From positions 42,216,660 through 42,273,664 of the forward strand of contig NC_068985.1 of the NCBI RefSeq assembly GCF_001194135.2: a stretch of 57,005 nucleotides of DNA, in the 5' to 3' direction. The stretch is from Octopus bimaculoides (lineage: Eukaryota). How positions within the stretch are numbered: position 1 is the first letter of the stretch; the number at the start of each line of letters is the position of its first letter. Shown here in pieces: positions 1-12,516 of the stretch. A program made the translations under genes and the position numbers. Below the pieces are notes generated by a model, which saw only the letters and a list, made by a program, of their open reading frames with translations, did no database searches and was not told the origin of the DNA.

Positions 1-297
1 AGGAGAAGATGTGTGCTTCCACTGCTTTGATTGTTCTTTGGTTTCAGGCTGGTAGTGATGGACACAACTTTCGTCCATAGTAATGAAACGAGCAAGAAAA
101 TTCTCTTCATCAGCTTCAAACAGTTCCAGATTGCTCATGGACAAAGTGCACCTGGTGTGTTTCTGTTCAGGAGTCAAAAGGCAAGAAACCTTTGAGAACC
201 CAAGTTCTTTTGTCACAATGTTGTCTGCTCTTTCAGTTGAGATGCCCAGTCTCTCGGCTATCTGACGACATGATATTCGGCGTTCTTGCATTATCAT
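1..297 (-). mobile_element. Mariner transposase fragment (window edge)
   Basis: Minus translation RRISCRQIAERLGIS...FITMDESCVHHYQPETKEQSKQWKH covers the HTH and first catalytic D. The WVPR motif is deleted. Confidence 0.85.
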
Positions 298-844
298 ACC
301 AAGAGCAAGGTCAAGGTTATGAACATGTAAGGATCAATCAGTCTGTTAATTTTGTCGATCCTGTGATATTTGGTACAACTAATCACATTGATTGTTTGTG
401 GAAGCTTGCAAAAAAACAGAAACAAATGAGAAAATGGAACAGCTCGAAGTTTATTGGATTCACACCTCATTGAATTTATGTGATGCTATGAATTCAAAGA
501 TGAAGCATTCCAAAAATTATTGGAACATATCCGTTACAAATATCCTTGCAGTTGAAGCAATTTACAAATTACTGTTTTGGATGTTGTTTTATGAAAAGAT
601 TAAAAATGTGCACCAAACTGTCTATTCATAACATACATTAATATATATTCTAGTCATTTCACATCTTCACATAATAAAAAAGTTATAAACAATTTATATC
701 ATTATACAGTATGTACTATTTTATTAGTAATTTATATCATTATTATGTATGTACTATTTTAGATGCCTCCCCAATTAAATTGAATAAATATTAATGTGAA
801 TCGTGCTTCTTCCACTTTTGACAAGTAATATTTACTTTTACTTA

Positions 845-1062
845 AAGCAGTGAGCTGGCAGAAACGTTAGCACACCGGGCAAAATGCTTAGTGGTATTTT
901 GTCTGTCTTTATGTTCTGAGTTCAAATGTCATTGAGGTCGACTTTGCCTTTCATCCTTTCGGGGGTCTATAAATTAAGTACCAGTTGCATACTGGGATCA
1001 ATCTAATCAACTGGACCCTCCCCCAAAATTTTGAGCCTTGTGCCTAGAGTAGAAAAGAATAT
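845..1062 (+). mobile_element. tRNA-derived SINE, family A (Deu/Nin-like central domain)
   Basis: Head gagctggcagaaacgttagc...gagttcaaat, then gaggtcgactttgcctttcatcctttcgggg. Other copies at 1968 and 41588. Confidence 0.85.
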
Positions 1063-1418
1063 TTACTTTCACTTTTGACACAATACTGAATCAGTGCCAA
1101 ATAATTTATGAATTTGAGAAAAAGTTTTTCCCACAAATTTCTCTACAATCGGTTTGTTGGCGGAAATTTTTGATCTCATATTACACTTTTTTTTTGCTTT
1201 AGTGGATGGGTGTTAAAGTAAATATTGTCCATTTTTTTTTTTTTTACTCTTTCAACATATTTATGAAGTTATTCAGATTTTTGTAACATATATAACACGC
1301 ATGTATATGATCACGATGCATATGTAAAATGAAACCACATTAAAATACAAATCCCAAACCAAAGAAGACACAAACACGATTGAAGAAAGAAAAAAGAAGT
1401 AGAAAGAAATAAAAACAT

Positions 1419-1675
1419 CAATTCAACACCACAAAATTCTTCGGAACTTACAGAAGCAAGCCAACATGCTTGCAGCATTATCATGAGCTAAGGCATTGGA
1501 ACAGCCAAGCATCCTCACCTGACACCTTGGTAAAGCGACCTACCAATGATGATAAGAAATTCAGTTAGCAGCTCAGCCCCTCCAAGCCGCTAAAACACCA
1601 CAGGCTGAAAGAAATGGTTTACTGATATGTTGGCTTGCTTCCATAGGTTCCGTTGAATTTTGTGGTGTTGAATTG
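1419..1675. repeat. Inverted repeat, arms of about 50 bp with a spacer of about 160 bp
   Basis: caattcaacaccacaaaattc...gaagcaagccaacat (1419-1467) is the reverse complement of 1626-1675 with a few mismatches. Confidence 0.85.
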
Positions 1676-1967
1676 TTGCCCTTGACCCTAACTTTTGGTA
1701 CTGTCCCTGTATCTGTGTTTGTGTTTTTTGCCTATGCTGCTGTCATCGTGGTAGTAGTAGTAGTAGTTGCTGTTGTTACCGCTGTTGCTGTTGTCATTGT
1801 TGGTCACATTGATATTGTTTGTGAAGCTTCTGGATGTGTGTTTGTGTGTGTATATGGGTTTGCTTCTTATGTTGTTTATATCTGTGCCCTTAATACAGTT
1901 TTTTTTATCTGTCTCTATTTCATATATATATCATAGGTATGTGCATAGTTGTCTATTGTGTGTGTGT

Positions 1968-2190
1968 TATTTCTTTACTACAGACAAGGGGCTACACACA
2001 GAGGGTACAAACAAGGACAGACAAACGGATTAAGTCGATTATACCGACCCCAGTGCGTAACTGGTACTTATTTAATCAACCCCGAAAGGATGAAAGGCAA
2101 AGTCGACCTCGGCGGAATTTGAACTCAGAACGTAGCGGCAGACGAAATACCGCTTAGCATTTCGCCCGGCGTGCTAACGTTTCTGCCAGC
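1968..2190 (-). mobile_element. SINE family A, young copy with 16-bp target-site duplication
   Basis: Perfect TSD tctattgtgtgtgtgt at 1952-1967 and 2191-2206; CpGs retained. Confidence 0.92.
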
Positions 2191-2229
2191 TCTATTGTGT
2201 GTGTGTATTATGCTGTTTGTATCTGTTTT

Positions 2230-3801
2230 TTTTCTTCTTGCTTCTGTCTTTAGTTGTCATGTTGTGTGGTGTGGTGGTGGGTGTTATTGTTCCATTCATG
2301 TTTTATATCGAGGCTCGAGCTGTCTATTGGTATGTGTGTAGCCTCTGTGACCTGTCTAAATGTTGTGTTAGCTCTATGCATTGATAATACCTTAACCTCT
2401 ATGCTATTAACCAAGCCTCTATGTTCTGCTTGAGCATATTGGTAGAGCACTGATGAGCCTTTCACTTCTTTGATCTCCTGTTAATGTCACACTATACTCC
2501 TAACCTTGCAGTTAACCTGTAGGTTCATCCTACATACAATACAATTGTTCTCTGTACATAGGGACCGGTCAAAGTGATAACTTCTACAGATCAGGGATTT
2601 TATGGGAGCACCAGACCTTTCTGTTACTTTAATCCGTAAAGTTTTTCTTAAAAGGTATGCTAGTTCACTGCCAGAGGTAGCATCAATGAACATGTCACTG
2701 GTATTTTTTGTTGTCATACCATAAGTTGGCATTATCTATCCTTTTTCTGGTCCTTTCAGTGCTATTCCAGGATGTATTCCTTTATAGCAGGCAGATCCCT
2801 TTGCATCACTTTCTATGATGGCTTTGTACTCTAATCCTGTCCCTTTGGTTGTAGCCAGAGAACTGCCTGCAGTGGATAAAGTGTTGTGTGTCTTTCCAAC
2901 TCCATAGGGTCACACATGCGAGACACATTCCTCATCACTCTCACTAAGTCTGCTATAAGAATATTGAACTTGGCATTGTCCACAATGGCTGTGTTCTTGT
3001 GGACCAGGTATTTAGAGGCCTTGGGCTTGGCAAAATGGGAGTGAAGAATCTGGACCTTACTGTTCTTGGTTTCCAGCCAGAGTTTCGTGTCTAAAACTGG
3101 TAGCCTATAGTTTAGGTGCTTGTCAAGGTAGTCTATTGTTACTTTAATACTCTGGTGGATGGAGTTAGCTATTTGCTGGATGCTCTCCATAGTGTTAGCT
3201 TCTAGATCATCAACATTGTCTTGTAGGGGTGCTTTGGCTGCTATGCTGATATCATCCACATAACAGGAGTACATGGTTACGGTTATGGAGTTCTTTGCTA
3301 ATTTCTCTTTGAGTCTCCTATCCCACTATGCCATAAACAGGTTAGCCACATTACCAGCGATACTGACACCGATGATTGCACCTTCCTCTTGGTCGTATAT
3401 CTTGTTATTAAACTTAAATATGTGGCCCTTGAGTGTGATTTTGATACTCACATCCACTGCATGTGCAACCATCTTTTCTCCAGGGGTGCGACCATCTTTT
3501 TTGGTGGGGTCCATATAGCTCTGGTCCACCCATTCCATTTCTCTCTAGGGGTCTTCTTAGCCATAGAGGTTATAGTAAGGGATCTACCTCTTATCGATCT
3601 AGTGGGGCGGAAACAACAAAGGTCATGTTCATCTAAGTAATCATTGTCACATGTCAGTCCCAGGAGGTGGCCCAGTTCTTCTGTGTCAACACCACAAAAC
3701 TCTACATCGCTCTCGTTGATCATCTCCACACATTTCTCCACAGCAAAACCAACATCAATGGATGGGTATAAGGATACTAGGTCCATATGGACAATGGACA
3801 T
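2230..3801 (-). mobile_element. Degenerate Penelope-like element (RT, Cys-rich linker, partial C-terminal GIY-YIG endonuclease)
   Basis: Motifs MDLVSLYPSI, EGAIIGVSIAGNVANLFM, YVDD and LPVLD; linker CTENNCIVC...NC; endonuclease tail RQVTEATHI...LDIKHEW. Multiple stops and frameshifts. Confidence 0.85.
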
Positions 3802-4874
3802 GAGTTAGAGTAAGAACAGTAATAAACAAGTGAAGAATGAATATATAGTGCGTGTGTTTATTTGGCAAAAAAAAAATGACCATCCTGAAATACAATATTA
3901 TTATTATAATCGTTTTCTGAATCACTTTTACTCACACTGGACTCGCACACACCATCACTTATAGACATGATCACCGATTCTCAAGCACTTGTAGATGGCC
4001 ATATAGATTTCTTTTTAAAAACAAGTCTAGAGTTGCTTGCTTAGAAGAAGCTTTTTTTCATTCTCAATATATATTTCTTGGTAATACACAGAAGTCTTTT
4101 GTTATGGTAGTAAAAACTTTTGCACTTTGTTCAAAATTTGGATTTTGTGCTTGAAAAATTTATTATAAATTAAAACTCATAAACCCAGGGTCTCGTAAAG
4201 TGGGTCCTTTTAAAGTGAGGTATTACTGCGTGTTAACAAATAAATAAATAAATAAATGGAATAAAAAATAAATAAAAATAATAATTTGAGCACTATTCCA
4301 GTCATTCTCTTCTGGAATTTGTTAATGAATATCTTTTAATAAAATGAAAATTTCCAGAGATACTAGCATAATTTGAAAAAACAAAACAAAACATGGTTGT
4401 TTTGTATGACCTGGTGTCCTGGAAAACTGCTTTAAAAAATTTATCCATTTATCAAATTTCAGAAGAGGAAGAGGGCCATAGTCCTTGAAAAAAAGTTTTC
4501 CTGTATAACCATAATTTACATTATCGAAACATATGAGGAAACAAAGTCAAGGGGCATGAATTATCCAAGTACCTCTCACCTCTCCCTACAAAAGAATTTT
4601 CATAACCATCTGAAGCATACTTGTAGAAAATTTCACTAAAAAAAATATCCATTTTTCTGAAAATTATGAGGAAACAAAGCCAGGTGAGGGCACACTTGTG
4701 TAGTTATGACATACATACATACTCAAGGACTTGGAAGTTATGGCTTACTTACTTTTTCAGACTTTGTAATTACAAGCTAACTTAATAAATAAATACATAT
4801 TCTACTAAAAAACAGTATTGAGTACTTTCATGTTAAACTGTTTATATATACGTATGTGTGTATGTGTGTGTGTG

Positions 4875-4908
<34 letters not shown>

Positions 4909-5099
4909 AGTGTGTGTGTGTGTGTGTGGTATGTAGGTATTGTCCTCTATAACATACTGATAAAAACATTGATTGCTACTACAGTGCGTCCTAGTTGTGT
5001 TGACAACAGTAGATGTGAGAGAGTAATGGTAGACTAGAACATTAGTTATTGTTTAAATACATTGGTACAAGCCTGCAAAAGTAATACAAAGAATAATGG

Positions 5100-5148
<49 letters not shown>

Positions 5149-5162
5149 CACATATACACATT

Positions 5163-5379
5163 CTTCTACGTTTACTTGTTTTAGTCGTTTGACTGCGGCC
5201 ATGCTGGAGCATTGTCTTGAAGGGTTTTAGTCGAACAAATCAATCCCTGAACTTATATTTTTTTAAAGCTTAGAACTTATTCTATTGGTCTCTTTTCCCA
5301 AACTACTAAGTTACGGGGAACATAAACATACAAACACTGATTATCAAGCAGTGATGGGAGGACAAACACAGTCACAAAG

Positions 5380-5400
<21 letters not shown>
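5163..5400 (-). mobile_element. SINE family B (CORE-like), 3' part
   Basis: Matches the ttacttgtttcagtc..ttgactgcggccatgctggagca...gctaagttacgggga consensus seen in many other copies. Confidence 0.85.
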
Positions 5401-5409
<9 letters not shown>

Positions 5410-5410
<1 letters not shown>

Positions 5411-5640
5411 AAGACCCCCACCATCTGTTATGAATGGCTATGGGATTGCACCATGAAAATTACTATACAAAGCACAAGCTCACCTTCCCTCTCCATGCCA
5501 TTGATGTTATCCAAAGGAAAGACAAAGGCTGATACAGTTTGGCACCAGTGATGTTGCAACACATATCTACAATTGAGTGAACTGGAGCAATGTGAAATAC
5601 AGTGTCTTGCTCAACATATGTAGACATCAACCACAGTATT
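5410..5640 (-). mobile_element. Third SINE-like repeat (family C)
   Basis: Reverse complement contains gagcaagacactgtatttcacattgctccagttcactc, a CORE/Meta-like central domain. Single clear copy here. Confidence 0.5.
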
Positions 5641-6145
5641 GCCAACTGTGTGAGGATGTCTTCTAGATATCTTCACATGGGGCATGATATGACGGCCGGA
5701 ACATGACAACAAAAACATAAATCTCTACAAACAAAGTTAACCATATTGAGAGTGATGGGTCAAAAGAATATTGGTGGAACTTAAAAATTAAAATAGCCAC
5801 CAAATTAAAGCACAACCAGCCAGACATCGTCGTGTAGGACCACAAAGAAAAGATATGTTCTATTGTGGAAATCAGATTCCTTCTGGACATGAATGTGGTT
5901 AGAAAAATACAAGAGAAAACAGACATCTATGGACCATTGATAAGGAGTTTGCAAATCCAGTACTCAAAATACATTTTCAGCTTCATGCATACTATCATTG
6001 GAACAACAGGCTACATTCCAACTTATCTGGAACAAAGTATGACCAAATTTAGGGGAGAGAATGCAAATCTTTAGCTCATACCTTACAAATGATAATGATA
6101 TCTGGGACTATGAAAATCTACAAGATCATCTTAAGGTTTAAAGGA
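5640..6145 (+). mobile_element. RLE-type (R4-like) LINE 3' remnant
   Basis: WWNLKIKIATKLKHNQPDIVV*DHKEKICSIVEI...IQEKTDIY...IIGTTGYIP fits the PD-(D/E)xK restriction-like endonuclease. Confidence 0.75.
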
Positions 6146-6404
6146 TGAAAATTAAAACAAGATACTTTCCTTCACAATCTTGCTACCAAATAGGTGGCTG
6201 GTCAAAATTAACTCTAAATTAAAAAGAAAATGAGGAGAACATAGATTCATACATACATACATACATACATACATACATACAATACACACACACATACATG
6301 GTGGTCTTCTTTCAGTTTTTGTCAACCAAATCTACCCACAAGTCTTTGGTTAGCCCTAGAATACAGTAGAAGACACTTGCCCAATGTGCCTATCCATGCC
6401 TGTA

Positions 6405-6460
<56 letters not shown>

Positions 6461-6977
6461 TTCTTTTATTATTTTATTTCCTCCAGTCATTTGACTGAAA
6501 ATTCAAATTCAAATTAACACTTCAACAGAACTTTTCTCGCGGTAAAACAATAGTTTTTCTGAGTGACAATTTACATTTGCCTGATGCAATAGCTAAGCAA
6601 AAATAATGTCTTCACCACTTGACCCTTCTAACCTCTTCTACTTCACCAAAAGCTAGAATTAAGATAACAAGTACCACCAACGAAACCTATTGTTTTCAAC
6701 GATATGTCTATCCTTCTGGATAGTTATAAAAACAAGAACCCCCAAGCAAAAGTTAGTCAGTGAGTGACAATTCGAGTCAGAGACAGCTACCATCAGTTAG
6801 TGAACGGATCGCTAGAACCATGGTCAGAGGGAGAAATGAAGTTTATAATCAGCAACTATGAGACAACTTGCCCCGATTCTCTCACTCTCACTAGCTCACT
6901 TTTTCTCATACAACATCATTCTCTCACCGTAATTACTACTACACAATGATGAGAACATAAACACAAACCATACAAGT

Positions 6978-7620
6978 AAAATCGGTAATTTTTAGAGTAA
7001 CACCTGCACGACTTTCACTAAGAAAAAAAAAAACGGATTTTTTGCATGGAATCAAGTACCCTGACCTCCCAATATGCTGCAAATCCCTTGTTTTGGTTCA
7101 GGAAAAAGGGAGAAGCCCCCTCCCCGCCGTCCTGGATTCATTGGAATTTTTGTTGTTGTTGTTGAATGAATTCCTGTGACATCCTAATATACTACAAAAC
7201 CCTTTTGGGGGTCTGAAAAATGGAGTGCAGTGAGGTGGAAGCCTCGGAAATTTCACCCACCCCTACCCCCATTAATATTTTCACCAGCACGGTTTTCACT
7301 AAGGGAAAAAAAAAATTCCAATGAATCTGGGACGGATTTCCTTAACCCTAACCCTAACCCTAAAACCCTAACCTTGAAAAGATCAATGAGGTGGGGGTGG
7401 TGAAATTTCCGATTCTTCCACCACACCCCACTCCGTTTTTCGGACCCTAGAAAGGGTTTGGTAGCATATTAGGATGTCACAGGAATTCATTCAACGAAAA
7501 AAAAAAAAAAATTCCAAAAAATCCGGTACCTGGAAGGGGGGGGGGAAGCCCCCTTCCCTCCTTTTCCGAACCAAAATAAGGGATTTGCAGCATATTAGTA
7601 GGTCGAAGTACTTGATATTA
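6978..7620. mobile_element. Composite foldback/MITE-like element: inverted arms of about 230 bp around a (CCCTAA)n core
   Basis: About 7051-7275 is the reverse complement of about 7383-7616. Core gggacggatttccttaaccctaaccctaacccta. The motif gcacga(c/t)tttcacta(a/g)g is shared with the element at 43398. Confidence 0.75.
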
Positions 7621-8293
7621 CCAAAAAAAAAAAATAATAATTGGAGAAAATCTCCTTCAAAACAAAGAAAATCCAACTTATGATTCGAAACTCCGTCGAG
7701 ATTTTATCAATACCACCACCACCATTAACCCCCACCCCCACCCCCAAAAAAAGAAAAAAGACGAAAAAGAAAACCCAGCTAGCGTGAGTTTGCCCAGTCG
7801 TTGAAGCTTACTCTAAATAGTAGTTAAATTTCACTTACATCATATCTTGCCTGTTTTTAAACTAGAAAATATAGGTTGGGAATATAGTGTTAGTTACCGG
7901 GAAAAGACAGGCTGATGTGCGAAAAGTGTTAGTTATTGGGGGAAAAAACAGGATGATGTGGCTGGAATGTCTAAACAAAGACAATGAGATAAGTTGGGAC
8001 ATGCTATTCAAGTATAACCATATCACATCTCAGCGTAGCACCTGCTAACAAACCTCTACGTTAGTTCAACTTGCTTGAAATAACAGCTAAATCTTCCCTA
8101 AATCACACTTTGCTGTCTCGGAAATATGGACCCACTGGGATTACACAACACCTAAATATCCCTAAAGCGATAGGATGACAGAAACGATCATTGGTCAGTC
8201 CAAGAAGAATTGAGTTAGGAGCCTAAACAACAGGTATTAACAACGGATTAATTCTTTTATTCTGGATCGACAGAATTTGCTCCGAATACATTA

Positions 8294-8361
8294 TTCTCCA
8301 TAGTAACGGTAAACAGAAACCGCTGATGGTTTTTCACTGGTTTTCAATCCGGGTCGTAAGT
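8294..8361 (+). promoter_or_regulatory. Candidate JHY promoter / non-coding exon 1: X-box, forkhead site and splice donor
   Basis: TTCTCCATAGTAAC (8294-8307) matches 13/14 of the RFX consensus GTHNYYATRRNAAC. GTAAACA is at 8309-8315 and a GTAAGT donor at 8356-8361, within a locally CpG-rich non-repeat segment. Confidence 0.5.
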
Positions 8362-9054
8362 ATGACATTTTGGATACTTTCTGTTACACATTCGCGACAT
8401 ACACAATAGAAAATTCCTCATATAAATGAGGAATTGATTTTAATTGTCAGTAATTAATAATACGTTAATTCTCTTTGATAATTTTATGACGCTAGTGTTG
8501 ACGTCGTTGTTATTAAGTCTCTGGGATCGTCGTAGCCATCCAGAATAACTAACCCTGATTTAGCAGGCCTACGTCAGAGCTATGACTACCCTATATTGTT
8601 AAAGGACTTCATTATCTCATATATTCTTTACTTTCTCAAGAATGTAGTGCGAAATTTCAAAGAGATATAACTTCTATTTCTAGCACGTTGGGTAACCATC
8701 ATTGTAGTAGTAAGAGTAGGAGGAGGAGAAGGATCGCTTATTTCGCGTGGCTTTCGAAGCGCAAGGGTAGTGGACAATTTGTTTGTAAGAAAAATGACAG
8801 TGTAGTTTCTGATTCTTAGACAAGGGCAAATATAAACAAAAACATTTGTATGTACATGTGTGTATGTGTGTGTACACACGAATTCATTTTATTATGACAT
8901 GTGTATGTGTGCGTTATAAAGTATATTAAAATGAATTCGTGTGTACATACATACATACATACATACATACATACATTTTATTTTTAAAAAAACAGCAAAA
9001 ATATCACAAAAACTGTTTTACATTCCTGTTCGTTGGACAGTTTTATATATAATA

Positions 9055-9290
9055 TTCTTTTCTTTTGTTCTTTTATTTGTTTCAGTAATTAGACTGTGGC
9101 CATGCTGTGGCTCTGGCTTGAATTTTTAGTCGAATGGATCGACCTCAGTAGTTATTTTCTAAACCTAATACTTATTCTATCGACTTTTTTTGTTGAACCG
9201 CTAGATTACGGGGGACATAAACACTCCAACACTGCTTGTCAAGCGGTGGTAGTGGGACAAACACAGACACAAAGACACGCCCCCCATGCA
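9055..9290 (-). mobile_element. SINE family B, 3' part
   Basis: Same consensus as 5163 and 22282; followed by (TA)n/(CATA)n. Confidence 0.85.
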
Positions 9291-9361
9291 CCTATACATA
9301 CAGGTGGATGTCGGTATGCACATACCTGTACGTATATATGCATATACTCATTTACTATTTG

Positions 9362-9408
<47 letters not shown>

Positions 9409-9649
9409 GATATATATATAATATATATATATACATATATATATAATATATATATTATACATACATACATACATATATATATATATGCATATGATATACA
9501 CATACACATGACGATGATATACACACACATGATGATGATATACACGCACACACAGACACAGACACAGAGTGAGAGCAAGAGAGATGTATATTTATATGTA
9601 TGTGTATATAAGTGTGTGTGTGTGTGTGTATGCATGCATGATTTTTCTT

Positions 9650-11260
9650 TGAGTTTTATCTAAGTTCTTTGTGAAAGAGTTCAAGCCAGTCGCTAACAAA
9701 GTGATGAGACTTTTTGAGTTAAGAAAGGTCTGGGTATTAGCAAACATGTGGTTGAGTTGATGTGTTGATTGAACTGTTGATGCATACACCCAAGTGTGTG
9801 TATCTGAACATATTAGAATTGCAGATGGAGAATTTTTGGAATGTCTTACAAATCTTCACCATGCCACTAATAGATTGGATTTAGAGTATTTGCATCTGTT
9901 TCTTTCATTCTTTCTCTGTGAAACCAAATATTTGTGAAAATTTTGTGCAAATTTGTTGGTACATAACCTAATGCACCTATGATGATAGGTACAAATGAGA
10001 ATTAAGTCAGGGTACCAGAGCTGTAAGTTCTGCATTAATTCACCATAAACTTTCTCTTTTTCCTGGACTTTTGACTGTACATCCACATTTACTAGGCAGC
10101 TGACCTCTATAAAAGTGCATGGCTTTAGTTCCCTGTCCGACATACAATAACAAGTCTATTATGTTTGCACCGAATTGATGTTTTTATTGGGGCTGTTCCA
10201 CCAGTATTCTTTGTTTTTAAAGGTGTGGATACCTGCTGGTTCTGACATAACTTTGATGTATGCATCAGGGTAGTCCTTTATGTAAATAGTTTTTGAAACT
10301 ACATCATACCTCAGGGGCAGGAAGTATCTTACAGACATTTTGGGACAGCTGCTGATGATATGGGTGATATCTTCTATGCTGGTATAGCAGAGCCAACATT
10401 TTTAATCACAATATGAAGGCTTTGTAGTATTTTTGTCCCTCTTGTTCAGTAGCTATCTCCTGTTGTTGGACAGCAAAAGCATATCCTTCTGGGTGGGATG
10501 AAATATATCTATTACAGGTCTAGGAGAGGCTATTCTTCTTGTCAATGCTGTTGTTGCCCTCTAGTTTACCACATATGTATCCATGCATTGCTTTTTGCTG
10601 GTATGATGCTTGCTTCTCCTCCAAGCTTCTGTTTAGGTAGGCCATCCAACCTCCTTTGGGTCACATGAGAGTACCTGCATAGTAGTTCTTCTGTAACACT
10701 AAAAATGTTGTTGCTCACTTTTGAGTACGTATGGAATGTACTCATTTCTTTCTTTACTGTTCAGCGGGTGTCATCTGAGTGAAACAAAGTAACATTCAAA
10801 GGCTGTTTGGGCTGACTTTATGCCTCTGTTGCCATCACTTTGTCTCATATAAATCTTATCAATCATTGACAAAAAATGTGTGGGTGACATTAACTTTATT
10901 GTTTGCTGCATATCCCAGCATGTAGCCTTGGCATTTTTTTAACAAGGCTAGCAAGGGATTCACTGCCAATACAAACAGCATTACAGATAGAGTATACCCT
11001 GGAATGTACCTATTGATAGCTTAATTCTGTTTGTAACAATTGGTGTTGCTTTAGTAGTTGTCAGTGATGACTGTACAGACCATGTTGTAGTCAGTCTTTC
11101 AATGGACAGACTCTTTGATGGGCTGTACTGGAGTCACTTTCTCAAATGCTGCTCCCTAGATGCTGCTTCACTATCCATGTCTGTAGGATGTGGTCAGTTT
11201 TCTTTTTTAGCCAAAGTGAAAATGGTATGGTAAACAACATCAGCAATATTTTTTTTAAAG
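9650..11260 (-). mobile_element. Degenerate R4-like LINE (RT end, CCHC knuckle, RLE)
   Basis: Minus frames give IGTFQG.TLSVMLFVLAVNPL...THTFFVND (RT), CWLC..SIEDITHIISSCPK...RYDVV (zinc knuckle) and FIEVSC...VQEKEKVY (RLE). Confidence 0.8.
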
Positions 11261-11329
11261 CAAAGACACAAAAATAAAAACAAATTGTAAGACATAGAAA
11301 AAATTAATGACAGGAACAATTTAAAATAT

Positions 11330-11750
11330 TTTTAAAACAATGAGCTTTGATCAGTCTGATCAATTTTCAAGGTATCACTACTTTCTGCAAGTGAGAAATT
11401 CTTGGGGGACTGGATTGATACCCTGTCTCTGGCCACTATTGGTAGTCAACTCAATCTCGATGAGTTCTGCATCTCCATTGCATTCAAAGTTGGAGCTGAA
11501 GTCTGTGGGGGACTGAGATGTCACTGTGGTAGGCCCCTTGATTCCACAGGTGTTCATTGTCTGTCTTGCCTCCTAAATGCTGGTGGTTTCACTTATCACA
11601 CTGAGTTAAACCTAATCATTAAGCAGGCCCTGGCTCAGGTTAATATCCCTTCAGTTCTGAATTTGGCAGGATTATCCAGAAGTGATGGGAAGAGACCAGA
11701 TGGTCTTACCCTTTGATTCTGGATAAGAGGTAGGTGCCTCATCTGTGTGC
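11330..11750 (+). mobile_element. CRE-clade non-LTR retrotransposon C-terminal remnant
   Basis: GDWIDTLSLATIG...CHCGRPLDSTGVHCLSC...HTELNLIIKQAL...GLSRSDGKRPDGLTL is typical of the CRE-type CCHC plus RLE region. Confidence 0.8.
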
Positions 11751-11844
11751 CTCATTGGTATGTCACCTTACTGAGGTGTTAGGTGATACCCATGAGGGTG
11801 GTTAGCTGTTCCAAAGCCTTAGCCTTGCCATTACCTGTGGTAAT

Positions 11845-12281
11845 GCCGTGAGTGTGTTGACTTGCGTCAGTCCTCTAAGATCAGTTCATGAATTTTCATG
11901 ATGTTTTCATTTGTTCAGTAGGTTGATGGTCGCCCTGAACAAGCAACAAGTGACCATTCCTAAAGTGTGACAACCACTTGTAAATTTGTGTTTTGCTCAT
12001 TGTAGCATCCTTGTAAGCTGTTTGAAACATGACAACTGTTTCAGCCATAGTTTTCCCCATGCAGAAAACAGAATTTCACGGAAACACACTGTTCCATTGT
12101 TTTAGCCATCTCAAAAATCAATGAAGTGTGAAACAAAGATACACTATGACTTCAGTTGATGCTACTGATTGGCAGACTGATGTCTGAAGGTCGCATCAGG
12201 TGGATTCTTGTGGTGGAAGCTTGAACTACAATGGCCTTGTCCCACAGAGAACGTTTCCAGTTACTTTTGGGTACCCCCTTG
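11845..12281 (-). mobile_element. Mariner 5' remnant with left TIR
   Basis: Minus strand begins TA|CAAGGGGGTACCCAAAAGTAACTGGAA, then EQCVSVKFCFLHG..AETVVMFQTAY...GRPST...ENIMKIHELILED. Confidence 0.8.
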
Positions 12282-12402
12282 TATATATGAATGTATGTAT
12301 GTATATATGAATGTATATATACATATATATATATATACACACACACATATATAGTGCTCCAGCATGACCACAGTCGTATGGCTAAAATGAATAAAAGAAT
12401 AG

Positions 12403-12459
<57 letters not shown>

Positions 12460-12477
12460 ATGTATACATATATATAT

Positions 12478-12516
<39 letters not shown>

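Noticed and set aside
2450-2480. CTGATGAG as a hammerhead core
   Set aside because: No stem II/GAAA follows; it is the antisense of PLE coding sequence.
7340-7375. (CCCTAA)n as a true or fused telomere
   Set aside because: Only 3-5 units, and always inside inverted-repeat elements.
9286-9663. YI/CV/HT-repeat ORFs (also near 12.2, 17.3, 27.4 and 33.3 kb)
   Set aside because: They are translations of (TA)n, (TG)n and (AAT)n microsatellites, which lack stops in some frames.
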